Assembly: GCA_964187785.1 (NCBI GenBank)
Contig: OZ076411.1
Location: forward strand, 31,558,001 to 31,622,000
Reading direction: 5' to 3'
Length of the DNA: 64,000 bases
From: Amphiscolops sp. MND2022
Lineage: Eukaryota
In this document: positions 37,501 to 49,172 of the stretch, piece after piece
Numbering within the stretch: the first letter of the stretch is position 1
How the letters are laid out: every line of letters starts with the position of its first letter
The notes under the pieces: generated by a model
The model's input: only the letters and a program-made list of their open reading frames with translations
What the model was told of the DNA's origin: nothing
Databases searched by the model: none
Program-made: the position numbers and the translations under genes

Positions 37501-38300
37501 GTCAGCTAGTCTTTCAGTTGTTTCCGGACCTCTGTCGCATTCTGGAGTCATGTGGCATTCCATCTTCAGACTAATCGAAGGCAGAAGTTGAAGAGTTCAG
37601 TAGCTATGTGGTGGAGAAGCGAAACCAGCACGAACGGTCTATGGGAGTGGCTAGCGAAATCTCCAACATGATGAATTGGCTGCTACGTGATTTTAGCTTC
37701 TTGGCCCGTCAACGTGTCTGTCGAGTTTTGAAGTTGTGTGTGCTAATTACGGGGAAACCGCGGACAGGATATCCGACTGTGAATTTTGATTTAAATGGCA
37801 GCAAACTGAGTATGGCCAAGTTCCAAGAATGTCTGCACTTAGTTCAGAATTACGTGTTGAGTCCGGAATATGAGCACCAATCATTCTTCACTGAGCCTAC
37901 TTTGGAAGCTGTACGGGAGGCTATTAGTAATGCTGGCGTGTTCTATGTGGCTCCAAATTTTGACTTGTGGTTTGATTTCTGTGGAGGGAGTGTTTTCGAT
38001 TTTATCTCCCATTATAGCAGGCTGTATGGTGCATTTTTGTTTGGGCGCCGGAAAGCATTTGAGATGCAATACGTGGATATAAATAAAGCGAATCGTCTTG
38101 CCCGAGCTCAGCAGCTATCAACGAGCATCGCTACCCCCAGTGTTGCAGTTTCTGGTTCTGGAAAAGGCAAAGCAGGGAGTCAGCGGCCTGCATCCGGATC
38201 GAAAGCAACTAGTAGCAGGGGTCCACGAGCAGTTCTGGTGGCCAGAAAAACAAAAAGAGTCCTGCGAAAGATAGTGATTTGGAAGTTCATCGTAGAATAA
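34560..38300 (+). pseudogene. Antisense multi-exon zinc-finger / hAT-transposase-like cargo gene of element 2
   Basis: GT-AG introns 35383-35496 (phase 1), 36072-36201, 36807-36917 and 37000-37124. Finger CRVCKRDVGMKAQGSGEFARHFQSDGH (C-x2-C-x16-H-x5-H). ORF blocks 35567-36064, 36270-36818, 37158-37574 and 37608-38300. A few frameshifts and stops. Confidence 0.75.
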
Positions 38301-38521
38301 AGAAGCTCTAGGCGGTTGTTGTGTTGATGTAATTTTTTTGATACTGTATTGTGTTTCTTCCTTTCTTGCCCAGTATCATTTGTTTTGTTTTATTTAGTTA
38401 GTTTTTTCAGAAATGACTATTCTAGTGAAAAAAAATTGACGTTGCCACTCCGGTTCGGTTTTGTTCACTAATTGTTTTTGTTTAGTTTTGAGATTGAGAA
38501 CTTTCTTCTGTAGTGATTGCG

Positions 38522-40629
38522 TCAAGCATCCGGAAGTCGGGGTGGGGTATTGGGCCTATGGTTAGGACGTAGGTTATATCTTCCTGTTTTCCTAGGATTG
38601 TATCCAACAACTATAGGCGGCAGTGTAGGCGGTATTGGGGGGCTTTCCATAGGCGGTGGGGTCGTTATGTAGGTGTTATGACTAAGGTCCGGATTGAATG
38701 ACGTACTGTCTCCGGGTGATATGTTATCCTCAGTTGGCTTTTCCTCTGCAGTTGTTATAGCTGCTTCGTTTTGCGTTGTATGTCCGTCTTCATTTGGTAC
38801 TTCTGTGATCGTAGCCTCCTCATTTTCTTTTTCCGATGAGTTTCTGATCAGAACTTCTCCGAATTCGGTTCCCCAAGCTTGCGCGTACCAATCATCATGG
38901 GTTGTTTTAATCTCAGGATCTGGAAGCTGGTCAGCTGACACTAATACGTCAGGTACTCGTTGACTGGGCGCATATAGCCTTAGCAAATTCTATAGAGGGT
39001 TTGTGTGTATCTTGTTCCCGTTCGTCTAACGACGTAATTGTTGTTAGAAAGGACTTTGACTACAATGTAACGTCCCGTCCAGATGCAATCTTTGAAAGCG
39101 AATTTCATTGACTGTTTATCAGCCTTCGGATTCAGGACGTAGCAGTAGTCATTGACTTTCAATGGCGTTGCTGTCGCTTTTTTATCATAATATCGCTTAT
39201 ACTTCAAATATGATTGCATGAGATTGTCCTTAGCCGACTGGTGGATTTCAGAGATTTGTTTCTGTAACTCGTCCGCTAGGTCTTCGTTGGTGTCTTTTTT
39301 CCATTCTGGCTTGAGTCCCAGTTTGATATCCAGGATGTTATACGGGATTCGTCCGTGAAATACTGTTGTCGGTTCACAGCCAAGGCTTTGGTGGTAGCTT
39401 GTGTTGTAATTCATGACTGCTATTTGTACGTATTTATGCCACATTGAACGTCGTTCTCCCGTTGATATTTTCATGCACGTTTTTAGTGATGCATGCGTTC
39501 TCTCAAGTATTCCGATCATTTGTGCATGTTTCGTCGATGCGTGACTATTTCGTATATCGATTGTCTGTGCAATCTGATTTACGACATCTGATCGGAATTG
39601 TGATCCTTTGTCGGTGACGATTATTGTAGGCAAGTAACATTGGCGTGTTTTTACGTCAAATATGCAGCTGCCTACTGTCCTGGCAGTCATGTCCTGCGTA
39701 GGGTATGCGAAGAGGTATCGTGAGAAAACATCCATCATTGTGATGATATGTTTGTATCCATTGGATGAAGGTAAGTTGGGTAGAATGTCGACGTCTGAGC
39801 AATCTTCTGGTCGGAATGTGAATTTCGTGCTGCTCAGCATTTTTGGACGTATTTGCCGCGTGTCGATGCGCGTGTTGGCTATGCAGTCAGGGCAGTTGAT
39901 TACCCAAGCTCTGATCTTGCGTGCCAATCCCGGGTAATAGTACTTCGTTCGGCATTCCTGGATCATTTTTGTTATGCCAGGGTGTTTGTTCGTTTTTCCA
40001 TGGAGCGTTGATAAGAGTTCTGGGACAATATGTTTCGGTATGAGGATTTGGTGATGCGTGACTGTACCATCCTCCCCGTAATATTTACGCATGAGAACTC
40101 CGTCCTTGACTATTATTCTTTCTTCGTGGCGTAACAAATTTCTCCCTCGAGGTTCAGTTTTGATGAGGTGTTTGTCGTATTCTTCGTGAAGTAGACGTAA
40201 CTTTAGCGCTTTCAGTATTAGATCTGCGTCTTGTTCGTTGCGTATTCGGGCATTTTCCTTGATAGCTCCAAATCCGTAGACTGCTGTGTTGAGCGGTATG
40301 TGGACTGTTTCTCTTACCTCGGTGGCTAGATTTTGTTGTTCTTTTTCATCTACTGCTCTTTGTTTGCTAAGGGTTTTTCTTGCGAAGACATCTTGTTCTG
40401 ATTCTTCTTCCTCGTCTGGTAAGAAAAAAAGTTGTTCTTCGTCGGCAACATCTGTGGACTGTAAGTTGACTTCAATGGGCGCTGTTATAATGTCATCCCG
40501 TAGTTTGAGCTGGACCCTTTCTTTTGGTGTTAGTTTTAAGCGGGAAATGAAGTCTACTGCTGTATTTTGTGACCCAGCTACGTGCATGATGCGGAATTTG
40601 AATTGCAGTACATAGCACAGGCATTCCAT
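38522..40629 (-). pseudogene. Gypsy integrase of element 2
   Basis: HHCC (HGKTNKHPG..CPDC), DVDILP / VTDKGSQF / ILERTH DDE triad, and a C-terminal tail in ORF 38522-38986. Confidence 0.95.
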
Positions 40630-43085
40630 AGGGCGGGTGGCGTTGTTTTTGTTTGGAAAAATATTGTTACTGATCTGTTATCCGTTAAAATTAGGTTTGG
40701 TAGTGTCGTCTTCCATTGGATATGACTGTATTCTAGAAATGCGTGATAAATGGCGAAGAACTTTTTGCAGTATATTGACATTTTTAATTGTGACGGAGAG
40801 AATACGCGTCAGCCAAAAGCAACTGGTGCGAAGGTTTTTCGCTTGGAGAGTAATTTTTTGTCGTCGTTTTCTTCTATCATTAGTGCGTATCCCCAAGCTC
40901 GGAAACTCGAGTCCGTCATTAGTATGTATTATTTTCCTGCAACAGGTTTTTTGAGGGCTAGTCCACATGCCTCCGCTAGGCTTGCGTTAATGGCTTTGAA
41001 GTTGTCAACAAGTTCTTCTGATATGGTGATTTTTGCATCTGCTTTTAAGAGCTCATACATTCCGATCATCTTTTCAGACAGTCGTGGTTGTAATTTCTGT
41101 AGTATTTGATGAATCCGATGTATTTCTGGACCTGATTCTTTGAACCTGGAAACCTGATTTTTGATAGGAAGTTGGTGATTTTGTGATCTTGCGGAGCTAC
41201 TCCGTTGGGTGTGATGGTTCTTCCTAGAAATTCGATTTGAGTGACACCGAAGTAGCATTTCTCAATTGTGAGCTTTAGGCCAGTTTTTCGAATGCATTTG
41301 AAGACTGCTATGATGTTCTTGATGAGTTGTTCCGTTGTGTTGGCGGCAATTCCAATATCGTCTACGTATTGGGCACACTGGACTGCTTTAATGATTGCGT
41401 CGAGGTACTCGCGCATGAAGCTTGAAAATGCTGACAAGGCTCTACTGAGTCCTTCGGCCAGCCTCCGATAGGCAAACGTCCTACTAGCAAAATTAAATGC
41501 AAGGAGTTCTACTGACCTTTGATCCGCCATCTGAGGCAATGGTAGACTTGTGAGCAGTCGAGTTTGCAGAACAATTGTTTCCCCGCTATGTGTTGTGCCG
41601 CATCTGAGAGGGTGCTGATGGGTGGTTATTGTTGATGTAGTCGTCTGAGATGAGGGCGTTGATTTTTCGCAAGTCTACAAGGAGCCTCAATTTGCCGTTG
41701 GGATTGCGTTGCGCAAAGATGGGGCTAGCATATTTTGAAAATGGGAGAGTTGTGATGATTCCATATTTGTGCATTAGTGCTAGCTCTACCGTGAGATCGT
41801 CTTTGAGGATAATGGGTACCGGTAGACTCTGTGTGTACAGGTTGGTCATTTTTGGGAGATAGGCAGACCTTGAACTGGGTGTTCATTCCGATGTCAAATC
41901 GGTGGCGTGCGAAGATGTCATTGAATTCGACTGAGATGGTCTTGTTTGGGGTCCAGTTCTTCTAGTTTTTGTATTTGTCGTAGTTCTCGCAGAATGCGCT
42001 GCTGGATGGGTGTGTGATCCGATTCGTCTTCCGGGATCTTCGGGAGTAGGGAACCAGAAATTTTCTTCTATTTGTTCTGGAGAGTCGATTTGCATTAGTG
42101 CGTTTACATACGCGACGATTTCGTCATGTTCTGTGAGTAGATTGAGTGCTGCTAGGTCTACTGCCCGTATTGACATCGTTTTTTCCGGTTTCAGTATTTG
42201 TAGTTCGGCTAGTTTCGTGTGTGGCGTAATTGTATAGGGGAAGTCCGTGGTGTTCACTATTTTTATCGCTACTCGTTTGTCTCGGGCTGTTGTGATAGCT
42301 GGGGCTACTATGAGTTTTGCATTTTCATCAAACTGTGGTAGGGGTTGGACTGTCCCAGTTATTGGGTGATCAATACTTACAGTAATGGATGCGTGGATGA
42401 TTCGTGTGGCTTGGGCTGGGATGGTGTGTTTTTCTTCGGTCTTGATGGTGATGGGTTTGGGGTTGCACTTTTGCATTTCATCCTTTAGGGCTAGGGTAAT
42501 TTGTATTTGAGGAAAGTCTATTGTCCCTTGTGCAGTATCTAAAATTGCGGAGTGTTTCCGGAGAAATGCCAGGCCGAAAATCGGGTAGGAGGTTTTGGTC
42601 ATGATGATGAAGGTCTCTTCGAACGTGTAGTCGCCAATTTTGAACTTCATTGAATATGTCGCACAAGCTTTCTCAAGTTCGGTGTTGGCATATTGTATTT
42701 TGAAAGGGGGCGGAGGAGCCTTTGCAATTATGGCTGCGTTGGCTTCGTTTTGTATCTTGTCCGCATCCTTTTCGCTGATGACGTTGATGTAGGCTCCCGA
42801 ATCGACTAGTGCGTCAAATCTGGTGTTTCCAAAGTCAAGGGGGATAAAAAACATTCTTCTCTTCTTTTTGAGGGTATATGCTGACATCAAGGGAATGTAA
42901 TCGTTGTCTTTGTCTTGTTGTATGAATTCCTTTATGACTTTGAGGTCATGTGGCAGTTGTTGTGTGCATTTTGTTACTTCTTCGTTTTCGCGGTGGTTTT
43001 CCTGTGTTGATAGTTCGGGTGCTGTTCGGGAGATGATACTGTAGGAGCGTTTTTTACTCGTTGTTCTTTTTCTTGTTGTGCCCAT
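40630..43085 (-). pseudogene. Protease, RT and RNase H of element 2 (frameshifted)
   Basis: FDALVDSGAYINV; YASPIFAQRNPNGKLRLLVDLRKIN; CAQYVDDIGIA; ILMTDSSFRAWGYALMIEE. Confidence 0.95.
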
Positions 43086-44645
43086 ATTGTTTTATCTTCG
43101 ATGCAGATGATATTTTCTGCATCTATCGGTGTGGACGTGACGGTGAGGGGTACTGTTGGGGATGGTGTTGTCCTTTTCAGGATTGGTGACGACGGTGATG
43201 GTAAGTTTGTAATCTCTGTGGATTGAGCTTGAGGGTTTGGAACCTGGATTTTAAAAGAGAATTTATTTGTGTCATAAATTGTTGGTTCGTCCCAGGGGTC
43301 GCATTCATAGTCTCTATGGTATATGTAGATGCGCTCGGTTTGAGATCTTTTGAGTGTCGGATAATTATCGGGTGACTCCGTTATCCGTTGGGGAAGCGGT
43401 GTTAGATTTTTTGGGTGACGGGCATTGTGCCTGAGTATCATTCCTACGTTCCAACGACGTTGCCAGTCCTGGGCTGGTTCCTCATTGCACTCTGTGAAAA
43501 AATCCTCTTCATATCTATATGGGGGGGTCTTCTATCGTGTACGCCCTTGCGTCTACCGTTTCCCCGAAGCGGATGCGCGGCGCTTTGTTTTTTGGCTGGA
43601 TTTCTACAGTGGGGATCGGTTGCTCGCTAATTTGGCTGGTGGGTATGGCGAACTCGTGTCGTTTTTTCCTAGGGTCATTCGCCGCATTAGCTCCGTACCA
43701 GCAGTTTTCAGTTTTGTGGAGTATTGTGAAGCGCCGTTTGAATGCCGTAATTACTTCTTCTAGATTATCTTTTTTGGCATCGTCTAAGTTGCAATAAGCC
43801 TGTAGTGCATTGCCTCGTAGAAGTGAGTGAAAGTAGTTGATTTTCTGGATTTCCGTTAGATGTGGGTACATTTTTATGTTGTTTCGGAATAGGTCTTCAG
43901 TAAGTTCGAATTTTTCGGACTTACCATCAAACACTGGTAGAGATGCAGTGAGTGCTTTTGGCATTGAAGGCAGGTGAGGTGGTGGGAGGATTTCCGGTTG
44001 GGGAGCAAAGAGTAGTCGTGATGTCGAGGGTCGTTCGTTCGGTGGTAGGCTTTGTGGACGGTGTGGTCGCGTCTTCTTTTTCCGTAGATTCGTGGAGTTA
44101 TTGAGGACTCCTGTCACCATGTTAGGACTATTCACCGGTGTAATTTTATGAGTAGTCGTAGTAGTTTTGATTTTAATCGGAGTTGAGGTTACATTTTCCG
44201 GACCGTTTTCGGACTCGGAGTCTGTTTCTTCAGAAGCTGTTATGACGGTTCGTTTTCTAGAGGCAGGGGCTATTAGTTTTAATGTTTCTTTTTGGTTTTC
44301 AGCTAGGATTTTAGTAAGATCCGACATTATCTCTTTCCTCAGAGAAGATTTGATTTCCTCTAGATTTTCGGTGAGTACTCTAGGAGATTTGCTCGTTCCC
44401 GCTACGGGGTTTAAGTTCTGGCTAGACTCAGGTATTGGGGTTTCAATTTCAGTGGAAACTAGCTCCTTTACAGCTTTTCTTTTTTGGCTTCTAGTAGTCA
44501 TTTTCAGAAAGAGAGGGGAGTTGTTCTTTGGAAATTCTGAATTCTTCAAAAAAAATTTGCTTTCACAAACGAAGTATAAACGTAGCAGGAAAAGTATTGA
44601 TTGATTCCTACAAATCCCTAAGTATATATACCTTCGCAGCATCAT
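42974..44645 (-). pseudogene. gag of element 2
   Basis: ORF 43515-44645 (MPKALTASLPVFDGKSEKFELTEDLFRNNIKMYP..YFHSLLRGNALQ) plus the 42974-43441 fragment. Confidence 0.9.
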
Positions 44646-44702
44646 TTGTTCCTCACCTAAAAATTCCTAGGAATCCTTAAAATCGGTTTTGTTCACCAAA
44701 AA

Positions 44703-46214
44703 TGTTTAATCATCCTTATTATTTCAACCCTCCAATTAATTGTTCACAATTTAAAATTCCGAGTCACGGCTTCCTTACGGAGTACTTGTTGAAATCATTT
44801 TTGTTCATCAACATGATTTCCGGTTTGATCACGGAAATGGCGGTAAAATAAAAGTCTGGTTGAAATTCCATCAACAAAGGCACGCCGGCGTGATCAATGA
44901 TTCATCTCAAAACTAGCGAAAATCACCTGTTCGCGACAAAAGAATGACAAGCACAATTGACTACGGAATTATTTCGGAGTGATTTTGGATTAGTGCAATG
45001 AAATATTTGAAAAAGTGACAAATGATGCTGGAAAGTGGTCTAGACAGATCAAGGATTGAACTAACAAATAACACGGCATAATATCGTTCTAAACTAATTT
45101 TACATGTGTTGAGACCATTCAGCTCAATGAATATAACGTAGTAAACATACGAAATACCCTTTCCAAAATGAAGGAAAACCCCTTTTATTTGAACATTTCC
45201 TCTGTTTTAACCTGCAGTACAATTTTCCTAATCATTTACAAAACAGCGGAAATTCGGGAAAACATGATATGAACATTGCGAAGTTCCCTACAATTCGAAT
45301 TAGTTCCGTATGACTTGGAGAATGTTTTGGTATATTAAAATGATCTCAATCTCGTAATTCTTTCCGAGTTTCTTCCACACGTATTAACATTAAGCATAAC
45401 TTCATCATTTTACAATCTGCCCCGTATGCTCCCCGTACGTATTAAGATTAGGTATAGCAGGCTCGCATTACAGTTTGCTCCGTAAGCGCTCCGTACGTAT
45501 TAAGATTAAGTATAGCAGGCTCGCTGCAAACGGAGCTAGAACGGAGTAATAAGCCATTCTTAAATCATTCTTAGTGACGTCACTCGAATAATTCTCACTA
45601 GCTTGAGCGCAAATATGCTGGTTTTATCTGTAACGCTATTGGTCCTTAAAATTAGAAATACCGGCATATTGTTTATTTGAGCGACGCTGTCATACCGTTG
45701 CGAGAGCTTACTTAAATCAGTCAACTGTAATTTAAGTGGGTTTTTGCAGCTACTTCACCTATTGGGAACAATTCCATTATGCTGTTTTGTGTTCTTTTCA
45801 TTTTAGATTGTATGAGTTCCGTTGGGATCGCGGAATTAAATGATGTTTTTGATGTTTTCATTTCAGTGTCGAAAAAGAAAAAATGATCCCAGCGTAAAGA
45901 ATGTTTTGTTGTTTAAATTCGTATGGATTTTTCGGCAGACAAAACCAGAAGTGATAGAACGGTCCCTTATGAAAAATTAGTACCGGAAATTCCGTTTTGT
46001 CTAAAGATCAATTTTGGATATTTTACGCAGCGCTTCCGTTAGATTAAAATTTCTTTTGTTTTGATATCAGTTCGTGCTACAGTTCAAGCAAAGGTTCATA
46101 AATCAGTTAAAGTTTTTACGTAATATTGTGTGGTCCTGCCATGTCCTCGCCCTCTTTCAAATTCCGGTATTCCCCCACAACAGGAAAAATCCCGACCGGG
46201 AGCGGGTCATGACA
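44703..46214 (-). repeat. LTR-B, 5' LTR of element 2 (1512 bp)
   Basis: Minus strand TGTCATGACC..ATTAAACA (TG..CA), followed by TTTTTGGTGAACAAAACCG and gag. Confidence 0.9.
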
Positions 46215-46490
46215 CTGATTATGGATATTTCTTCCCAATTTAAGGATGCTTTCCCAAGTTCTCTTCAGAGGGGTTACCTCGGGGCTCCTTTGTCTTTCAG
46301 CGGACGTTGAGTCCAAGTTATTTCTTGCACTATTCCCAAGTTCACTGAGAGTTTCTCCTATAGTTGGCAATACTTGTTCAAACAATGCTTGTTCTATAGC
46401 TTCTCTAATGTGTGAATTCACGTCAACCCTCATTTCATTGATTCTACTTGATATTAAACTAGTAATTTCACTGTTGATCATCCTGACTGT

Positions 46491-47796
46491 TTATTTGAAC
46501 ATTTCCTCTGTTTTAACCTGCAGTACAATTTTCCTAATCATTTACAAAACGGCGGAAATTCGGGAAAACATGATATGAACATTGCGAAGTTCCCTACAAT
46601 TCGAATTAGTTCCGTATGACTTGGAGAATGTTTTGGTATATTAAAATGATCTCAATCTCGTAATTCTTTCCGAGTTTCTTCCACACGTATTAACATTAAG
46701 CATAACTTCATCATTTTACAATCTGCCCCGTATGCTCCCCGTACGTATTAAGATTAGGTATAGCAGGCTCGCATTACAGTTTGCTCCGTAAGCGCTCCGT
46801 ACGTATTAAGATTAAGTATAGCAGGCTCGCTGCAAACGGAGCTAGAACGGAGTAATAAGCCATTCTTAAATCATTCTTAGTGACGTCACTCGAATAATTC
46901 TCACTAGCTTGAGCGCAAATATGCTGGTTTTATCTGTAACGCTATTGGTCCTTAAAATTAGAAATACCGGCATATTGTTTATTTGAGCGACGCTGTCATA
47001 CCGTTGCGAGAGCTTACTTAAATCAGTCAACTGTAATTTAAGTGGGTTTTTGCAGCTACTTCACCTATTGGGAACAATTCCATTATGCTGTTTTGTGTTC
47101 TTTTCATTTTAGATTGTATGAGTTCCGTTGGGATCGCGGAATTAAATGATGTTTTTGATGTTTTCATTTCAGTGTCGAAAAAGAAAAAATGATCCCAGCG
47201 TAAAGAATGTTTTGTTGTTTAAATTCGTATGGAATTTTTGGCAGACAAAACCAGAAGTGATAGAACGGTCCCTTATGAAAAATTAGTACCGGAAATTCCG
47301 TTTTGTCTAAAGATCAATTTTGGATATTTTACGCAGCGCTTCCGTTAGATTAAAATTTCTTTTGTTTTGATATCAGTTCGTGCTACAGTTCAAGCAAAGG
47401 TTCATAAATCAGTTAAAGTTTTTACGTAATATTGTGTGGTCCTGCCATGTCCTCGCCCTCTTTCAAATTCCGGTTTTCCCCCACAACAGGAAAAATCCCG
47501 ACCGGGAGCGGGTCATGACACTGATTATGGATATTTCTTCCCAATTTAAGGATGCTTTCCCAAGTTCTCTTCAGAGGGGTTACCTCGGGGCTCCTTTGTC
47601 TTTCAGCGGACGTTGAGTCCAAGTTGTTTCTTGCACTATTCCCAAGTTCACTGAGAGTTTCTCCTATAGTTGGCAATACTTGTTCAAACAATGCTTGTTC
47701 TATAGCTTCTCTAATGTGTGAATTCACGTCAACCCTCATTTCATTGATTCTACTTGATATTAAACTAGTAATTTCACTGTTGATCATCCTGACTGT
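46491..47796. repeat. 1306-bp tandem duplication of 45185-46490 (part of LTR-B plus flank)
   Basis: Near-identical sequence, with the junction at 46490/46491. Confidence 0.9.
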
Positions 47797-47904
47797 CTCA
47801 GTTGTTATTTCACTGCGTTCTACGCTATTAGAGATGAATAAAGTCCTCAAGTTCTCCCCATTGGGATTAGTGATTGGCTCTCGCACCTTGGACATTAGGT
47901 CCAT
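47521..47904 (-). pseudogene. Coiled-coil ORF of another repeat, interrupted by the insertion of element 2
   Basis: MDLMSKVREP..INSEITSLISSRINEMRVDVNSHIREAIEQALFEQVLPTI.. Similarity to element 2 starts exactly at the TGTCA LTR start. Confidence 0.45.
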
Positions 47905-48346
47905 TTTTAGTCAATTTTACTCAGCTGATTCACAGCCTCATTTCTAGAGTAATTTCCTAACATTACATCCAAGTTTTCCATATCAGACATCACGTATGGC
48001 TGCCTTGATCTCTTCACGCTGGCTTTTTGTGCTTACGAGTAGATGGCGTCGAGAGGTTTGTTTGATCAACCAACAGTTCATTGATGTCCACCAGATCAAC
48101 AGAACATAAACTGAACAAATATCAGAATAACAACTGAACAAGGATGAAATCAAAGTCAGTGTAGTGTAAGATGTTTGTAGCATCAAAATAAGGAACCCTC
48201 GGTTAATGTGGATCTTTTATATATACCTTGTTTTGCATGACATCCCTAATTCAGCGGGTCACTGTGTTATAATTACTAGCACCGTAAAGTGACGTATTTT
48301 TCTATGAATTTGTCGTATTGAACTAGAGGGAATTGACGTCGCTTTA

Positions 48347-48546
48347 NNNNNNNNNNNNNNNNNNNNNNNNNNNNNNNNNNNNNNNNNNNNNNNNNNNNNN
48401 NNNNNNNNNNNNNNNNNNNNNNNNNNNNNNNNNNNNNNNNNNNNNNNNNNNNNNNNNNNNNNNNNNNNNNNNNNNNNNNNNNNNNNNNNNNNNNNNNNNN
48501 NNNNNNNNNNNNNNNNNNNNNNNNNNNNNNNNNNNNNNNNNNNNNN
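48347..48546. other. Assembly gap (200 N)
   Basis: Run of N. A round length suggests a scaffolding placeholder. Confidence 1.
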
Positions 48547-49172
48547 TTCCACACTTTTGAAAAAATTGAAAAAACCGCCACGATAGCGTTGTGCTAATGG
48601 GTCAGCACTACTCGAAAAACCTTACATGGACAATTAACTCACAAGTGTGAAAAAACACGACCATTTTTTCAACCTCCCACTCAATATAGCATGAAGGACG
48701 CAAGACGTTTTTCAAACGTTTTTTTTTACTTACAGCAAAATAAAAAAAAAATAGCCACGATACGGCGTTTTGCCTTTTTATTTTCTCTTCAATCAGCCAC
48801 ACTTGGGTACTTTCTTGATTCACAACAAAAAACACGACCATTTTTTCGCTGCCCCCGTTAACGTTTATTGGAATATCTGGTTCGCCTTAACCAGCCTTTT
48901 GAAGAAAAAAAACTTTTATTTGCAAGTATCTGTGCGGCAGCTCACATTGAAAGGAGTGCAGTGACTGCAGAACCAACAGTTGAGTGCTACAACACATAAG
49001 TACACAGAAAACTTTTGATGAGTTTAGGTGCATCAAAAACCTGTTTCATTGAAAGTTCAAAATTTCGGCTTTCCATTTTGCAACTCGGGCTACAACAAAA
49101 AAGGTAACACAATCCGAGGTTTTGCTTGTGTTGAATAACATTTGAACAAGCTGCTAACTTGAAACAAACGGG

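Larger units (their letters stand above)
28048..46214 (-). mobile_element. Gypsy element 2: LTR-gag-pol-antisense gene-3'ORF-LTR, followed by the start of a second copy
   Basis: All pol motifs recognisable. LTR-B versus LTR-A is about 90% identical by eye. Confidence 0.9.

Noticed and set aside
48259-48581. ORFs containing X runs
   Set aside because: Artefacts of translating across the N gap.
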